Below, piece by piece: positions 39,811 to 50,847 of a DNA stretch of 64,000 bases. Each line of letters opens with the position of its first letter. Positions within the stretch are counted from its first letter, which is position 1. The DNA comes from Desulfurivibrio sp. (GTDB lineage Bacteria > Desulfobacterota > Desulfobulbia > Desulfobulbales > SURF-16): contig QZKJ01000080.1 in assembly GCA_003605035.1 (NCBI GenBank), positions 5,177 through 69,176 on the forward strand, read 5' to 3'. The notes below the pieces were generated by a model. The model saw only the letters and a program-made list of their open reading frames with translations, was not told the origin of the DNA and ran no database searches. The position numbers and the translations under genes were made by a program.

Positions 39811-40095
39811 ATGAATATTTCCAAAGAAGAAGTTGCAAAGGTCGCCCAGCTGGCGCGCCTTGAGCTGTCAGAGCAGGAAGTGCTTGAAATTACCGGACAG
39901 CTGGACCGGATTCTCGGCTATGTTGCCAAGCTTAATGAAATTGACACCACGGATGTGGCGCCGACCACCCACGCCCAGGCCATCAATAATGCCTTCCGCG
40001 AGGATGCGCTGCAGCCTTCCCTGCCCCAGCAGGAAGCCCTGGCCAACGGACCCAGGCAGAATGGCGAGGCGTTTGTCGTACCCCGGGTCATTTAA
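39811..40095 (+). CDS. gatC: Asp-tRNA(Asn)/Glu-tRNA(Gln) amidotransferase subunit C
   Basis: MNISKEEVAKVAQLARLELSEQE...LNEIDT..V.PT, typical of GatC. ATG 39811 is preferred over the TTG at 39802. Confidence 0.9.
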   Translation: MNISKEEVAKVAQLARLELSEQEVLEITGQLDRILGYVAKLNEIDTTDVAPTTHAQAINNAFREDALQPSLPQQEALANGPRQNGEAFVVPRVI

Positions 40096-40213
40096 GACGG
40101 GTGGCCGGCCTTTTCCTGCCATAAACTGCAAATCAGGCGGCGCTCATGTTGCCGTGCCGCCTGATTATATATTTTGATCGGCCTTTGCGGGCCGAGGTCG
40201 GATTGAGGAAGAT

Positions 40214-41671
40214 ATGGATTACCCTGCTTTAACAATGCATGCACTCAAGGATCTCCTGGCGGCCGGCGAGGTGACGCCGCTTACGGTGACAGAGGCGCTT
40301 TTTGCCCGGATTGACTCGCTTGAGGAGCGGATCGGCGCCTTTATCACCATCAATCGGGAACAGGCCCTGCGCCGGGCGGAGGAAACCGGGCGGCAGCTTG
40401 CCCGGGGCGAGGGCGGCCCGCTGTGCGGCATCCCCCTGGCCATCAAGGACGTGATCTGCACCAAGGGGCTGCGCACCACGGCCGGCTCAAAGATTCTGGA
40501 GCCTTTTATCCCCCCCTATAATGCCACGGTGATGGACAAACTGGAGGAGGCTGGGGCGATCATCATCGGCAAGCTCAGCATGGATGAGTTTGCCATGGGG
40601 TCAGCCAACGAGAACTGTGCCTATGGGGTGCCGAAAAATCCATGGAATCGCGAGTATATCTGCGGCGGCTCCAGCGGCGGCTCCGCCGCTGCCGTGGCGG
40701 CGGACGAGTCTTTTGCCTCCCTGGGTTCGGATACCGGCGGCTCCATCCGGCAGCCGGCCTCCCATTGCGGCATTGTCGGCCTGAAACCCACCTATGGCCG
40801 GGTATCCCGTTTCGGCCTGCTGGCCTATGCCTCCTCGCTTGACCAGATCGGCCCGCTGACCAAGGACGTCAGGGATTGCGCCCTACTGCTTAACGTGATC
40901 AGCGGCTATGATCCCAGGGATTCCACCTCGGTGCAGCAGGCGGTGCCGGATTACCAGGCCGCCCTGACCGATGGACTGCGGGGCATGACCCTGGGCATTC
41001 CCGGGGAGTATTTCGGCGAGGGGCTTGATCCAGAGGTGGAAGCGGCGGTGCAGGGCGCGGTGGCCAGACTGCAGGAGGCCGGCGCCACGGTGCGGCAGGT
41101 CTCCCTGCCCCATACCGCTTACGGGGTGGCCGCCTATTATATCATTGCCCCGGCCGAGGCCAGCTCCAATCTGGCCCGTTATGACGGGGTCAAGTACGGC
41201 ATGCGGGACATGGATGCAGAAACCCTGCTCGACATGTATAAAAAGACCCGCTCCAAGGGCTTTGGCTCGGAGGTCAAACGGCGCATCATCATGGGCACCT
41301 ATGCCCTGTCCTCCGGCTATTATGACGCCTATTACAAAAAGGCCTCTCAGGTGCGGACCCTGATCGTCCGCGATTACCAGCAGGCCTTTGCCGAGTGCGA
41401 TGTGCTGGTTTCGCCGGTGACCCCGACCCCGGCCTGGAAGATCGGCGAAAAAAGCCATGATCCACTGAGCATGTACCTCTCCGATGTGCTGACCATTCCC
41501 GCCAACCTGGCCGGCATCCCCGGCCTGTCGGTGCCCTGCGGCATCAGCAGGGCAGGGCTGCCTATCGGTCTGCAGATCCAGGGGCCGCACTTTCAGGAGG
41601 AAAAGCTGCTGCGGGTCGGCTTCAACCTTGAGCAGCGGCTGGATATGGCGGGACGCAAACCAGATCTGTAA
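40214..41671 (+). CDS. gatA: Asp-tRNA(Asn)/Glu-tRNA(Gln) amidotransferase subunit A
   Basis: Amidase signature GGSSGGSAAAVAA...GSDTGGSIRQPA. 485 aa. Confidence 0.95.
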   Translation: MDYPALTMHALKDLLAAGEVTPLTVTEALFARIDSLEERIGAFITINREQALRRAEETGRQLARGEGGPLCGIPLAIKDVICTKGLRTTAGSKILEPFIPPYNATVMDKLEEAGAIIIGKLSMDEFAMGSANENCAYGVPKNPWNREYICGGSSGGSAAAVAADESFASLGSDTGGSIRQPASHCGIVGLKPTYGRVSRFGLLAYASSLDQIGPLTKDVRDCALLLNVISGYDPRDSTSVQQAVPDYQAALTDGLRGMTLGIPGEYFGEGLDPEVEAAVQGAVARLQEAGATVRQVSLPHTAYGVAAYYIIAPAEASSNLARYDGVKYGMRDMDAETLLDMYKKTRSKGFGSEVKRRIIMGTYALSSGYYDAYYKKASQVRTLIVRDYQQAFAECDVLVSPVTPTPAWKIGEKSHDPLSMYLSDVLTIPANLAGIPGLSVPCGISRAGLPIGLQIQGPHFQEEKLLRVGFNLEQRLDMAGRKPDL

Positions 41672-41688
41672 GAGGTGCAGAGGATGCC

Positions 41689-42789
41689 ATGAAACTCTCG
41701 GTCAGTAAAAATATCGCCACCCTGGTGCCGTATCCGCCGGGCAAGCCGTTACAGGAGCTGGAAAGAGAATATGGCATCAGCGGCTCCATCAAGCTGGCCT
41801 CCAATGAGAATCCCCTGGGGCCATCGCCAAAGGCCCTGGCGGCCATCCGCGCAAGTCTGGCCGACCTGCATCGCTATCCTGACGGCAGCTGCTATTATCT
41901 GGCCCAGACCCTGGCCGCCAGGCTCGGGGTAAAACCGCAGCAGCTGGTGTTCGGCAACGGCTCCAACGAGGTGATTGAACTGCTGGTCGGCGCCTTTGTC
42001 GGCCCCGGCGATGAAGTCATCACCAGCCATCCCTCCTTTCTGGTCTATCAGACCATGGTGCAGGCCAGAAACGGCCTCAATGCCGTGGTTCCCCTGAAGA
42101 ACATGGCCCATGATCTGGTGACCATCCTGACCACGGTCACGGCCAACACCAGGCTTATTTTTCTCGATAATCCCAATAATCCCACCGGTACCGCCTTCGG
42201 CGCCGGCGAATTCGAGGCCTTTCTCAGCGCCCTGCCGGAAACGGTGATCGTGGTGCTGGACGAAGCCTATGTGGATTTTGTCGATCCCGGTCTGCGGCTT
42301 GATGTCCGCCGCTATCTGGCTAACCATGTGCCGGTGGTTGGTCTGCGCACCTTTTCCAAGGCCTATGGTCTGGCCGGTCTGCGGGTGGGGTATGGCATCA
42401 TGCACGAGGAGATTGCCGGCTATCTGCACCGGGTGCGCCAGCCGTTTAATGTCAACTCCCTGGCCCAGGTGGCGGCGATTGCCGCCCTTGAAGATCATGA
42501 ACATTACCAGCAGACCCTGGCCGTGACCCGGGAAGGGATCAACTGGCTGTCCCGGGAGATTGACCGGCTCGGCTGCCGGACCTTTCCGACCCAGACCAAT
42601 TTCTTCCTGGTGGATACGGGGTGCGATTGCCGGGCCGTGTATGAGAAAATGCTGCAGAAGGGAGTTATCATCCGTCCCATGCATGCCTATGGCTATCCGA
42701 CCTATATCCGCATTACCGTGGGGACTGCCTCTGAAAATGAGCGGCTGGTCAGCAGCCTGGCGCAATGTTTAAAAGCCGTTGCGCCCTGA
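41689..42789 (+). CDS. hisC: Histidinol-phosphate aminotransferase
   Basis: LASNENPLGPSP, NPNNPTG, LDEAYVDF, and RTFSKAYGLAGLRVGY. Confidence 0.92.
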   Translation: MKLSVSKNIATLVPYPPGKPLQELEREYGISGSIKLASNENPLGPSPKALAAIRASLADLHRYPDGSCYYLAQTLAARLGVKPQQLVFGNGSNEVIELLVGAFVGPGDEVITSHPSFLVYQTMVQARNGLNAVVPLKNMAHDLVTILTTVTANTRLIFLDNPNNPTGTAFGAGEFEAFLSALPETVIVVLDEAYVDFVDPGLRLDVRRYLANHVPVVGLRTFSKAYGLAGLRVGYGIMHEEIAGYLHRVRQPFNVNSLAQVAAIAALEDHEHYQQTLAVTREGINWLSREIDRLGCRTFPTQTNFFLVDTGCDCRAVYEKMLQKGVIIRPMHAYGYPTYIRITVGTASENERLVSSLAQCLKAVAP

Positions 42790-42854
42790 AGAAATAATTA
42801 TTGTTTTTCTTACCATTTCGTTCCAGCGTTTCATGTTGGGGTTATTTTTGCTAA

Positions 42855-43592
42855 ATGGCTTACAGGAGTTATGCCGTGGCGGAAAATGATATCATCACCA
42901 TAGACGGTCCATCGGGCAGCGGCAAAAGCACCATCAGCCGTCTGGTGGCGGCCAGGCTCGGCTTTACCTATCTGGATACCGGGGCCATGTACCGGGCGGT
43001 GGGTTACAAGGCCGGCAGGCTCGGCATTGATCTCGCCGACGGGCCGGCCCTGGCGGCCATGCTGGAAAATATCGACCTGGTGCTTGCCCCGGGGGAGGGC
43101 GACACCCGGGTCATCCTTGACCGGGAGGATATCAGTCTGGCCATTCGCACCGCGGAGATGGGGCTGGTGGCCTCAAAGGTCTCCGCCCAGCCGGTGGTGC
43201 GGGCCAGGCTTACGGACATGCAGCGGCGCCTGGGCCGGGGGGGCAGGGTGGTGGTCGAGGGCCGCGATACCGGCACGGTGGTCTTCCCCGGGGCCAGGTA
43301 TAAGTTTTTCCTGGACGCCAAACCGGAGGAACGGGCCCGCCGGCGCTGTCTGCAGTTGCGGGAAAAGGGCCAGCAGGCTGATGAGCAGGATATCCTTGCC
43401 CAGATCAGCAAACGTGACCGGGATGACAGCGACCGGGCGCTGGCGCCGCTCAAACCCGCGGCTGATGCCGTAATCGTCGACACCTCGCGGATGACTATTG
43501 ACGATGTTGTCTCGTTTATGCTGGAAAAGGTTGAAAAACTCGGGCAAAACCGCCAGAATGATTCTCAGGGAGCTGGCAAGATTCATCCTTAA
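42855..43592 (+). CDS. cmk: Cytidylate kinase
   Basis: ITIDGPSGSGKSTISRLVA..LDTGAMYRA, GRDTGTVVFP, and RD..D..R. Confidence 0.92.
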   Translation: MAYRSYAVAENDIITIDGPSGSGKSTISRLVAARLGFTYLDTGAMYRAVGYKAGRLGIDLADGPALAAMLENIDLVLAPGEGDTRVILDREDISLAIRTAEMGLVASKVSAQPVVRARLTDMQRRLGRGGRVVVEGRDTGTVVFPGARYKFFLDAKPEERARRRCLQLREKGQQADEQDILAQISKRDRDDSDRALAPLKPAADAVIVDTSRMTIDDVVSFMLEKVEKLGQNRQNDSQGAGKIHP

Positions 43593-43612
43593 CCATGCCG
43601 AGGGGTAATCCT

Positions 43613-43957
43613 ATGAGCAAATCGCGAGTCCTGAAACGGCGCCATCTGATCTATTACCTGGAGGTATATGATCTGGAGTCCGGTAATCTCCTGGGCCATC
43701 TGGTTGATATCACCACCCGCGGCATCAAATTGATCAGCAAGGAAAAAATCCCGCTCAACCGGACCTATGTGCTGAAACTGAAACTGCCGCAAGGCTATTT
43801 TCAGGAAAGTGAAATCCATTTTGAAGGAAAGACCCTCTGGTCTTCCAATGACGTCAACCCGGATTTTTTTGATACCGGACTTGAGGTGACCAGTCTCTCC
43901 CTGGAAGAAAGAAAGATTCTCCGCCAGCTTATCGAGCAGTTAGGCTTTAATGATTGA
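43613..43957 (+). CDS. PilZ-domain protein
   Basis: LKRRHLIYYLEVYD....GHLVDITTRGIKLIS resembles the RxxxR ... D/NxSxxG PilZ pattern. ATG 43613 has the SD gagggg 8 nt upstream and is preferred over ATG 43595. Confidence 0.68.
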   Translation: MSKSRVLKRRHLIYYLEVYDLESGNLLGHLVDITTRGIKLISKEKIPLNRTYVLKLKLPQGYFQESEIHFEGKTLWSSNDVNPDFFDTGLEVTSLSLEERKILRQLIEQLGFND

Positions 43958-44232
43958 CAGGATGGGCTGGGTGCGCCTTGCCCTGCCGGCTGTGCCCGTT
44001 ATCGTCGTTTACTGCCAGGTCATCTCTGCCGGCATTTCCCGTATCACCATTTTTCCTTTTAAAACCATATGTTGCCTGTGAATCATCACTGGTGAGGGAG
44101 CTTGCCAGAGGATGGCAGCAGGGCCGGAAAGTATTTTTTTAAATGCTGATGATTATTTTCGAAAAGTCCGCTATTATTTCAAATAGGAAATAACTATAGA
44201 AATCGGCTTCCTTAGAGGGAAAGGACCAAAGC

Positions 44233-45117
44233 ATGGACATACATCAACTGCGGATTTTTGTCTCGGTATATCGCAACAGAAGCTTTTCCAAGGCCTCTGA
44301 ACAGCTCTTCATCAGCCAGCCGACCATCAGTGAACATATCAAGAATCTGGAAAAATCACTGGCTTGTACACTTTTTGATCGCCTGGGGAGAAAGATTGAG
44401 CCGACCGTCGAGGCAGATCTGATTTTCCCCAAGGCCCTGCAGCTTATCGAAGACCTGGAAAGGATCAATGACCTGGTGCTCAAAAGCTCCCAGCGGGTCA
44501 AGGGCAAGCTCTATATCGGGGCGAGCACGATCCCGGGCAATTACATGCTTCCCCAGCTGGCGGCAAACTTTCGCAACCAGTATCCGGAGGTGTTCTTTGA
44601 AATTGTCATCGCCGACACCCGCAAGATTACCGACCTGCTGGTCAGCCATGAGTTTTTTCTGGGCATTGTCGGGGCCAGCATGGAGCCGAAAATATTGAAC
44701 TATGAGCCTTTTCTCACTGATGAACTGATCTTTGCCGGTGCGCCGAAATATATGGAGAACCTGGGTACCACGCCTTTGCAGATCTACCAGGTGCCATTTC
44801 TGCTGCGCGAGGAAGGTTCGGGAACCAGAAAAATCATGGAGGATTTTCTGCAGAAAATGCAGATTAACCTGAAAAAGATGAATGTGGTGGGGGTGCTGGG
44901 TTCCACCGATGCCATCAAGCAGGCCATCAAGGCCGGACTGGGCACTTCCATTCTGTCCAGGCGGGCCATTGACGAGGAACTTGCCAGGGGCTCTTTACTG
45001 GAAATGAAACTGGGCGGCGAGATGAAGCGGCCCTTTTATCTTGCCACCCACAAAAAGCGAACCTTGCCGGCCCAATACAAGGCCTTTTACGATTTTCTGC
45101 TCAGCAGGGGTGCATGA
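44233..45117 (+). CDS. LysR-family transcriptional regulator
   Basis: N-terminal wHTH (LRIFVSVYRNRSFSKASEQLFISQPTISEHIKNLEKSL) and a LysR substrate-binding domain. Confidence 0.9.
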   Translation: MDIHQLRIFVSVYRNRSFSKASEQLFISQPTISEHIKNLEKSLACTLFDRLGRKIEPTVEADLIFPKALQLIEDLERINDLVLKSSQRVKGKLYIGASTIPGNYMLPQLAANFRNQYPEVFFEIVIADTRKITDLLVSHEFFLGIVGASMEPKILNYEPFLTDELIFAGAPKYMENLGTTPLQIYQVPFLLREEGSGTRKIMEDFLQKMQINLKKMNVVGVLGSTDAIKQAIKAGLGTSILSRRAIDEELARGSLLEMKLGGEMKRPFYLATHKKRTLPAQYKAFYDFLLSRGA

Positions 45118-45153
45118 CCGCGGAGAGCGTGGAGGCCCTCCCGCGGCAGGTAT

Positions 45154-45849
45154 TTAAACCATTTTGGGCAGCGACCAGTCATTATGTCCAAACTGGCTGT
45201 GATCAGGTTTGGGGGGTTTTGCTTCACCAAGGCGCTGATTAAGCCAGACCAGCACCTTGTCAAACTCGGCAACCAGTTCCGCCAATGCCTTGCCGCGGTG
45301 ACTGACCTGATTTTTTTCCGCCATGCCTGCTTCGGCAAAGGTCTTGCCAAAACCAGGATAATAAAAGACCGGATCATAGCCGAAACCGCCAGTCCCGCGC
45401 GGTTCGTTGATGATCTCCCCTTGGCAGCGGCCTTCGTAGGTAAGTGCCGGTCCGGAGGGAACGGCAATCGAAATGACGCATTCAAACGCCGCCTTACGGT
45501 TGGGCTTCCCCTCCAGTTCCTTCAGCAGCTTGTCGATATTGTCCTGGTCCGTGGCATTTTCACCGGCGTAACGGGCCGAATAAACACCGGGCGCGCCGTC
45601 AAGCGCTTCGACCACCAGACCGGAATCATCGGCAATGGCCGGAAGGCCGAGCACCTTGGCGGTAAATGCGGCCTTTTTGTAGGCATTATCATCAAAAGTC
45701 AGGCCATCCTCCACCACTTCCGGGATGGGGCCGAAATCCTGCAGACTGCGGATCTCCACCGGGAAATCCCGGAGAATTTCCTGAAATTCCTTTAATTTCC
45801 CCTGGTTTCTCGTGGCGAGCACCATCATTATCTTGGGCTTGGCAGCCAT
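45154..45849 (-). CDS. rdgB: dITP/XTP pyrophosphatase (RdgB/HAM1 family)
   Basis: LATRNQGKLKEFQEIL, ADDSGL, GAPGVYSARY, GTGGFGYDPVF, and SHRGKA. About 30 aa of C-terminal extension relative to typical RdgB. Confidence 0.9.
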   Translation of the reverse strand: MAAKPKIMMVLATRNQGKLKEFQEILRDFPVEIRSLQDFGPIPEVVEDGLTFDDNAYKKAAFTAKVLGLPAIADDSGLVVEALDGAPGVYSARYAGENATDQDNIDKLLKELEGKPNRKAAFECVISIAVPSGPALTYEGRCQGEIINEPRGTGGFGYDPVFYYPGFGKTFAEAGMAEKNQVSHRGKALAELVAEFDKVLVWLNQRLGEAKPPKPDHSQFGHNDWSLPKMV

Positions 45850-45942
45850 AATTCTTCTCCTGCATGGTAGTGTTGCGATATCGCAAAAAATAAGCGCTCA
45901 TTTTTAAACTGTTCCGGGCTTGATGTCAATAAGGCCATCCGG

Positions 45943-46554
45943 CTATTTCAGGGCCTCATGCACCTTGCCGACCATATCCGGGGAAGGGGTAAGGGTTTTT
46001 TCCCCCTCCCGCCAGTTGGCGGGGCAGGCCTGTTCAGGATGCCTGGCCACATAGATGCTGGCCTTGAGCTTGCGCAGGGTTTCCGCGGCATTGCGGCCCA
46101 CGTTGTAATAATTTACTTCCGAGGCCACCACTACCCCTTCCGGGTTGATGATAAAGGTGCCGCGCAGGGCAAGTCCTGTGTCATAATCGTAAACGCCAAA
46201 CATTTTTGAGACGGCGCCGGTCCGGTCGGCAGCCATGATATAGGTTGCATTTTCCAGGGATTTTTCCTCCCTTTTCCAGGCCAGATGGGTAAACTGGGTA
46301 TCGGTGCTGACGGTAATCAGTTCAGCGCCGGCCTCCTTGAATTCTTCATACTTATCGGCAAAATCGGCAAGTTCGGTGGAGCAGACAAAGGTGAAATCCG
46401 CTGGATAAAAAACCAGCACCGTCCATTTGCCTTGTTTTTTCAACTGTTCGAGGGAAATCTGGCCAAAGGAAAAGTCGGTGGGAATGTACGTTTCCATGGT
46501 GAAGTTTTCCACCTGCTGGCCAACCTTTACCGGTTTAATGCATGGGTGCCCCAT
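45943..46554 (-). CDS. 2-Cys peroxiredoxin (AhpC/Prx1 type)
   Basis: VLVFYPADFTFVCSTE, DTQFTHLAW, RGTFIINPEG, and a resolving Cys in EQACPANW. Confidence 0.92.
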   Translation of the reverse strand: MGHPCIKPVKVGQQVENFTMETYIPTDFSFGQISLEQLKKQGKWTVLVFYPADFTFVCSTELADFADKYEEFKEAGAELITVSTDTQFTHLAWKREEKSLENATYIMAADRTGAVSKMFGVYDYDTGLALRGTFIINPEGVVVASEVNYYNVGRNAAETLRKLKASIYVARHPEQACPANWREGEKTLTPSPDMVGKVHEALK

Positions 46555-46706
46555 TTTTTATGTCCTCCCAGGGTGAGTCGCGAAAGTAAGTTTGATAGAG
46601 ATAATATGAATTCCTAAAAATAAGTAAAGTGTTAAATTGCAATTTTCTCTTTCAGCTGATCACGCCGATCTTGACAGTTGTGATTCTCATTACTTAAATA
46701 GTCTGT

Positions 46707-47246
46707 ATGAAAAGAGAAAAGACAAAGATCGTACTGACCGGCTACCGGGCCTGCGGCAAAACTTCGGTAGGCCGGCTGTTAGCCGGCCGGCTATCCTTTT
46801 CTTTCGTTGATACTGATCGGGAAATCGAAGAACAGCAGGGGATGAGCATCAGCCAGATGGTGGCGGAGCATGGCTGGAGTTATTTCCGCGCCGCGGAGCA
46901 GGATTTCCTCTCGTCGCTGCTGACCCGGGCAAACCTGGTGGTCGCCCCGGGCGGCGGGGCCATTCTGCACCGGGCGGTGTGGGTGCAATTGATGGAAACC
47001 TCCCTGATCATCTGGCTGCAGGCTGATGTGGAAACCATCAGCAGCCGACTGACCCGGGACAACCTGTCAGGCAGCCAACGTCCTTCACTTACCGGCCAAG
47101 ATATGATAAAAGAGATAACGGCGGTGCTGGCGGAAAGGGAACCGCTCTACCGGCAGGGGTCCCATCATGCCCTCAGCGCGCACCGGCCGGTAGCGGAAAT
47201 TGTCGAGGAGATTCTGGCGCTGTGGGCGGCATGCCGTACAAACTGA
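46707..47246 (+). CDS. aroK: Shikimate kinase
   Basis: VLTGYRACGKTSVGRLLA, FVDTD, and APGGGA. Confidence 0.88.
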   Translation: MKREKTKIVLTGYRACGKTSVGRLLAGRLSFSFVDTDREIEEQQGMSISQMVAEHGWSYFRAAEQDFLSSLLTRANLVVAPGGGAILHRAVWVQLMETSLIIWLQADVETISSRLTRDNLSGSQRPSLTGQDMIKEITAVLAEREPLYRQGSHHALSAHRPVAEIVEEILALWAACRTN

Positions 47247-47311
47247 CAAGATGATGAAAAGATGTGTAATTGATAAAATGAATTTCCGGAAGGTCCGGAT
47301 GAGGAGAAATT

Positions 47312-48397
47312 ATGGCAGGAAACACATTTGGCCAGGTATTCCGGGTTACCACCTGGGGCGAATCCCACGGAACCGCTATCGGAGCGACGATTGACGGCTG
47401 TCCGCCCGGCATTCCGCTGACAACGGAGCATATCCAGGCTGATCTGGACCGGCGGCGTCCCGGGACGGGCGGGGCGACCAGCCCGCGCAAGGAGCCGGAC
47501 CGGGTTGAGATCCTGTCCGGGATCTTTGAGGGCTGCACCACCGGCACCCCGCTGACCCTGATTATTTATAACCAGGACGCCCACAGCAAATCCTATGACC
47601 ACCTGAAGGATATCTTCCGGCCCGGGCATGGCGATTACTCCTATCTGATGAAATACGGCATCCGCGACCATCGTGGCGGCGGCCGGGCCTCGGCCAGGGA
47701 GACGGCGGCCAGGGTTGCCGCCGGCGCCGTGGCCAGGAGACTGCTGTCCTTCCACGATATCGAGGTGTTTGCCTACACTCTTTCCCTGGGCGGCATTGAT
47801 GCGGTCAAGCTCGATTTCGATGCCCTGTGGCAGAATCGCCTCTTCTGTCCTGATAACGAGGCGGCCGCGCGCATGGAGGAAAGAATCGCGGAGGTGAAAA
47901 AGGAAGGGGATTCCCTGGGGGGGATTGTCGGCATCACCGCCAACGGCTGTCCGCCCGGTCTTGGCGAGCCGGTGTTCAACAAGCTTGATGCCGATCTGGC
48001 CGGGGCCCTGATGTCCATCGGCGCGGTGAAGGGGGTGGAGATCGGCTCCGGTTTTGCGGCGGCGCGGCTGACCGGTTCCCAGAACAACGACGCCCTGACG
48101 CCCGGGGGGTTCAGCTCCAACAATGCCGGCGGCATCCTGGCCGGCATCTCAAACGGAGAACCGATCATCGCCCGGGTGGCGGTGAAACCGATTCCATCCA
48201 TCGCCAAGTCCCAGAACACGGTGAATCTCGATAACGAGCCGGTGGAAATCAAGATCGGCGGACGGCACGACATCTCCGCCATCCCCCGCATCATCCCGGT
48301 GTGCGAGGCCATGGTCTGCCTGACCCTGGCGGATCACCTGCTGCGGCTGCAGACCCTTGAATGGACCCCTGAATCACTGGAGATGGACGAGATATGA
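47312..48397 (+). CDS. aroC: Chorismate synthase
   Basis: [45 protein letters not shown], and GGRHD. Confidence 0.95.
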   Translation: MAGNTFGQVFRVTTWGESHGTAIGATIDGCPPGIPLTTEHIQADLDRRRPGTGGATSPRKEPDRVEILSGIFEGCTTGTPLTLIIYNQDAHSKSYDHLKDIFRPGHGDYSYLMKYGIRDHRGGGRASARETAARVAAGAVARRLLSFHDIEVFAYTLSLGGIDAVKLDFDALWQNRLFCPDNEAAARMEERIAEVKKEGDSLGGIVGITANGCPPGLGEPVFNKLDADLAGALMSIGAVKGVEIGSGFAAARLTGSQNNDALTPGGFSSNNAGGILAGISNGEPIIARVAVKPIPSIAKSQNTVNLDNEPVEIKIGGRHDISAIPRIIPVCEAMVCLTLADHLLRLQTLEWTPESLEMDEI

Positions 48398-49995
48398 GCA
48401 TGGAAAAGCAGAGGAAGATAGAAGATATCTGGATGATCACCCGGGAGTATGACGGTCTGGCCGGCGCCGGCGGAGTTAAGGACGTCTGCCGCCAGCTTGC
48501 CGAGGCCTTGGTCAAAAAAGCTGACGTCACCGTCATGCTGCCCATGTACGGCTTCATCGATGCCGAAACGCTTGGTTTTGCCCCGCGCTATGCATTTGAG
48601 GTGGACATCAACTATGTCGGGGTGGAGCGGCGGGAAGAGGTCCATATCTGGGAGCGCAAGCACAAGGCGGGCAAAAAGAGCCTGACCATCTATCTGGTTG
48701 ATGCGGCCCGCTACCGCGAGAAAAAAGCGGTATACACCTATACGGCGGCGGAGGAAGCGGAAAATCCGGTGCATGTCAGCGGCAGCGGTCATTATGATTA
48801 TTTCGCCATGAATGTCCTGCTGCAGAAAACGGCGCTCAATCTCATGCTCTACCGGGGCAAGCGGCCCGACATCATCCACTGTCAGGACGGGCACGCCGCC
48901 CTGCTGCCGGTCATGGCCAGGGAAATTGACGGCATTCGCCATTTCTTCAGAAAGACCGGCATGGTGGTCACCATTCATAACGCCGGGGTCGGTTATCATC
49001 AGGAGGTGGATGATCTGCCGTTTGCCAAGGCCGTTACCCGCCTGCCATCCATCATCATCGGCAAAAATCAGCTCGACGGCCGCTTTGATCCGTTTCTAGC
49101 CTCAGCTCCCTATGTGGTCATGAATACGGTCAGTGACAATTATGCCCGGGAATTGCGGGAAACCGAGGATGATGAACTGACGGGCTGGCTGGGCCATGCC
49201 TTGGCGAGCCGGGGGGTAATGCTGCAGGGGGTTACCAATGGCATCAATCCCGAGGACTTTAATCCTGAGGATGCGGAAAAGCAGGGCATTGCCGCGCCCT
49301 TTTCGCCGGCAAAAGGGGACCTGGCCGGCAAAAGGGAATGCCGCCGACAACTGGTGGAGATAATTGGCAGCCAGCAACTGACCTCTGTCCGGGTCAGCGG
49401 CTCCTTGACAGAAGCGCCTGAGCTGCCGCTTTTTACCCTGATCGGCCGGCTGACTGCCCAGAAGGGGGTGGACAAGCTGGCGGAGGCCCTGAAAACCCTG
49501 CTTGGCGAAGATGACGGCTTTCAGGTGCTGATCCTCGGCACCGGCACCAAAGAGATTGAAAGCGAGCTCATCGAGCTGACGGAGATCGGCGGGAACCAGG
49601 GCAGGATCTGCATCCTCTCCGGCTACGACCAGCAGCTGGCCAACAAGGTTTATGCTGCCGGGGATTTTTTTCTGATCCCCTCCAGGTACGAACCCTGCGG
49701 ACTGACCGACTATATTGCCCAGCTCTTCGGCAATCTGCCCATTGTCCATCATGTCGGCGGACTGGTCAAGGTGGTGGACGGCAAAACCGGTTTTGCCTAC
49801 CATGAGCACAGCACCGCCGCCCTCAGCGAGGCCATGCAGCGGGCCCTGCGGATGTTCCGTGAGCAGCCGGAGCAGATCAGGGCCATGCAGCGGGAAAGTA
49901 TAAATGTTATCCATAATTCCTACACCTGGGATAAAATTGTGCTACGATATATGCAGCTTTATCAGGAGGCGCTGACACTGTGCCGAGAGCCGTGA
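48394..49995 (+). CDS. GT5 glycogen/starch-synthase-like glycosyltransferase
   Basis: N-terminal [22 protein letters not shown], and C-terminal [31 protein letters not shown], which is GlgA-like. 533 aa. ATGA overlap with the aroC stop. No other glg genes lie nearby. Confidence 0.82.
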   Translation: MSMEKQRKIEDIWMITREYDGLAGAGGVKDVCRQLAEALVKKADVTVMLPMYGFIDAETLGFAPRYAFEVDINYVGVERREEVHIWERKHKAGKKSLTIYLVDAARYREKKAVYTYTAAEEAENPVHVSGSGHYDYFAMNVLLQKTALNLMLYRGKRPDIIHCQDGHAALLPVMAREIDGIRHFFRKTGMVVTIHNAGVGYHQEVDDLPFAKAVTRLPSIIIGKNQLDGRFDPFLASAPYVVMNTVSDNYARELRETEDDELTGWLGHALASRGVMLQGVTNGINPEDFNPEDAEKQGIAAPFSPAKGDLAGKRECRRQLVEIIGSQQLTSVRVSGSLTEAPELPLFTLIGRLTAQKGVDKLAEALKTLLGEDDGFQVLILGTGTKEIESELIELTEIGGNQGRICILSGYDQQLANKVYAAGDFFLIPSRYEPCGLTDYIAQLFGNLPIVHHVGGLVKVVDGKTGFAYHEHSTAALSEAMQRALRMFREQPEQIRAMQRESINVIHNSYTWDKIVLRYMQLYQEALTLCREP

Positions 49996-50816
49996 TTGAC
50001 CGGGAAAGCCTGGACGGACAGCAGCACAACAGATGGTTTGCCGGCCGGCGCGATTTTTTCGTCACCAGCATGCTGAAGGGCTTTTACCGGACTGCCAGCG
50101 GGTTTCTGCAGATTTACCAGGACTATCTCAAAACCGGCAGCGTGCCCTATGATGAGATCGACAAACTGGTCGGCACCGAGAACAGAAAAGGCTGCCTGTG
50201 GCGTTTAAAAGATGACTGTCATCAGCTGTGGCGCCATGGTGATGCCGCCTTTGAGCTCAATGGTTCCCTGCTTGACTGGATTGTCGGTTCGCTTTTTCAT
50301 GAGGCGATGAAGCTCAAGGAAAACATCTATCTCTTTGAGTTCTACGCGCCGCTGGCCCATGACAGGAAGGGAGTCTGGCGCCAGGAAATCCAGCATTTCT
50401 GCGGGGGGGAATGCCGGCGTTTCATGGAGAGGATTTCCCATGAGGTGGACCGGCAGATGGAGAACCTGGGATTCATGTTCGGCAGGGCAATTTATCTGCT
50501 GCGCACCATGCTGCCCACGCAGGCGCATAATCCCCTGCTGCTCAGGTATCTCATCGAACACCGCGACGTGGTCGGCGAGCTCTGGTCCGAGTCGCTGGAT
50601 GACATCTTCAAAGACATGTTCCACGGCGTCCCTGAAAGCGGCTATTGCCTTGCCGCGCAAAGCTATTTTGATGGGAACTGGTATGAAAAATCACTGGACG
50701 CCTGTCAGGAGGCCCTGCGCCTCAATGCGCACTGTGACGAGGCCATGCAGCGGCGGGGCCAGCTGGAGGCGCTGCTGAGAAAGACGAAAGAAAATCATCA
50801 GGGTAATTTCCGATAA
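49980..50816 (+). CDS. Hypothetical protein (no recognisable family)
   Basis: 278-aa ORF with coding-like composition. It overlaps the 3' end of the preceding gene (GTG starts at 49980 or 49992). I recognise no motif. The C-terminus looks TPR-like and helical. Confidence 0.55.
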   Translation: MPRAVIDRESLDGQQHNRWFAGRRDFFVTSMLKGFYRTASGFLQIYQDYLKTGSVPYDEIDKLVGTENRKGCLWRLKDDCHQLWRHGDAAFELNGSLLDWIVGSLFHEAMKLKENIYLFEFYAPLAHDRKGVWRQEIQHFCGGECRRFMERISHEVDRQMENLGFMFGRAIYLLRTMLPTQAHNPLLLRYLIEHRDVVGELWSESLDDIFKDMFHGVPESGYCLAAQSYFDGNWYEKSLDACQEALRLNAHCDEAMQRRGQLEALLRKTKENHQGNFR

Positions 50817-50847
50817 ACGCAGTTACTGTAATAATTGAGGAGGCGGC

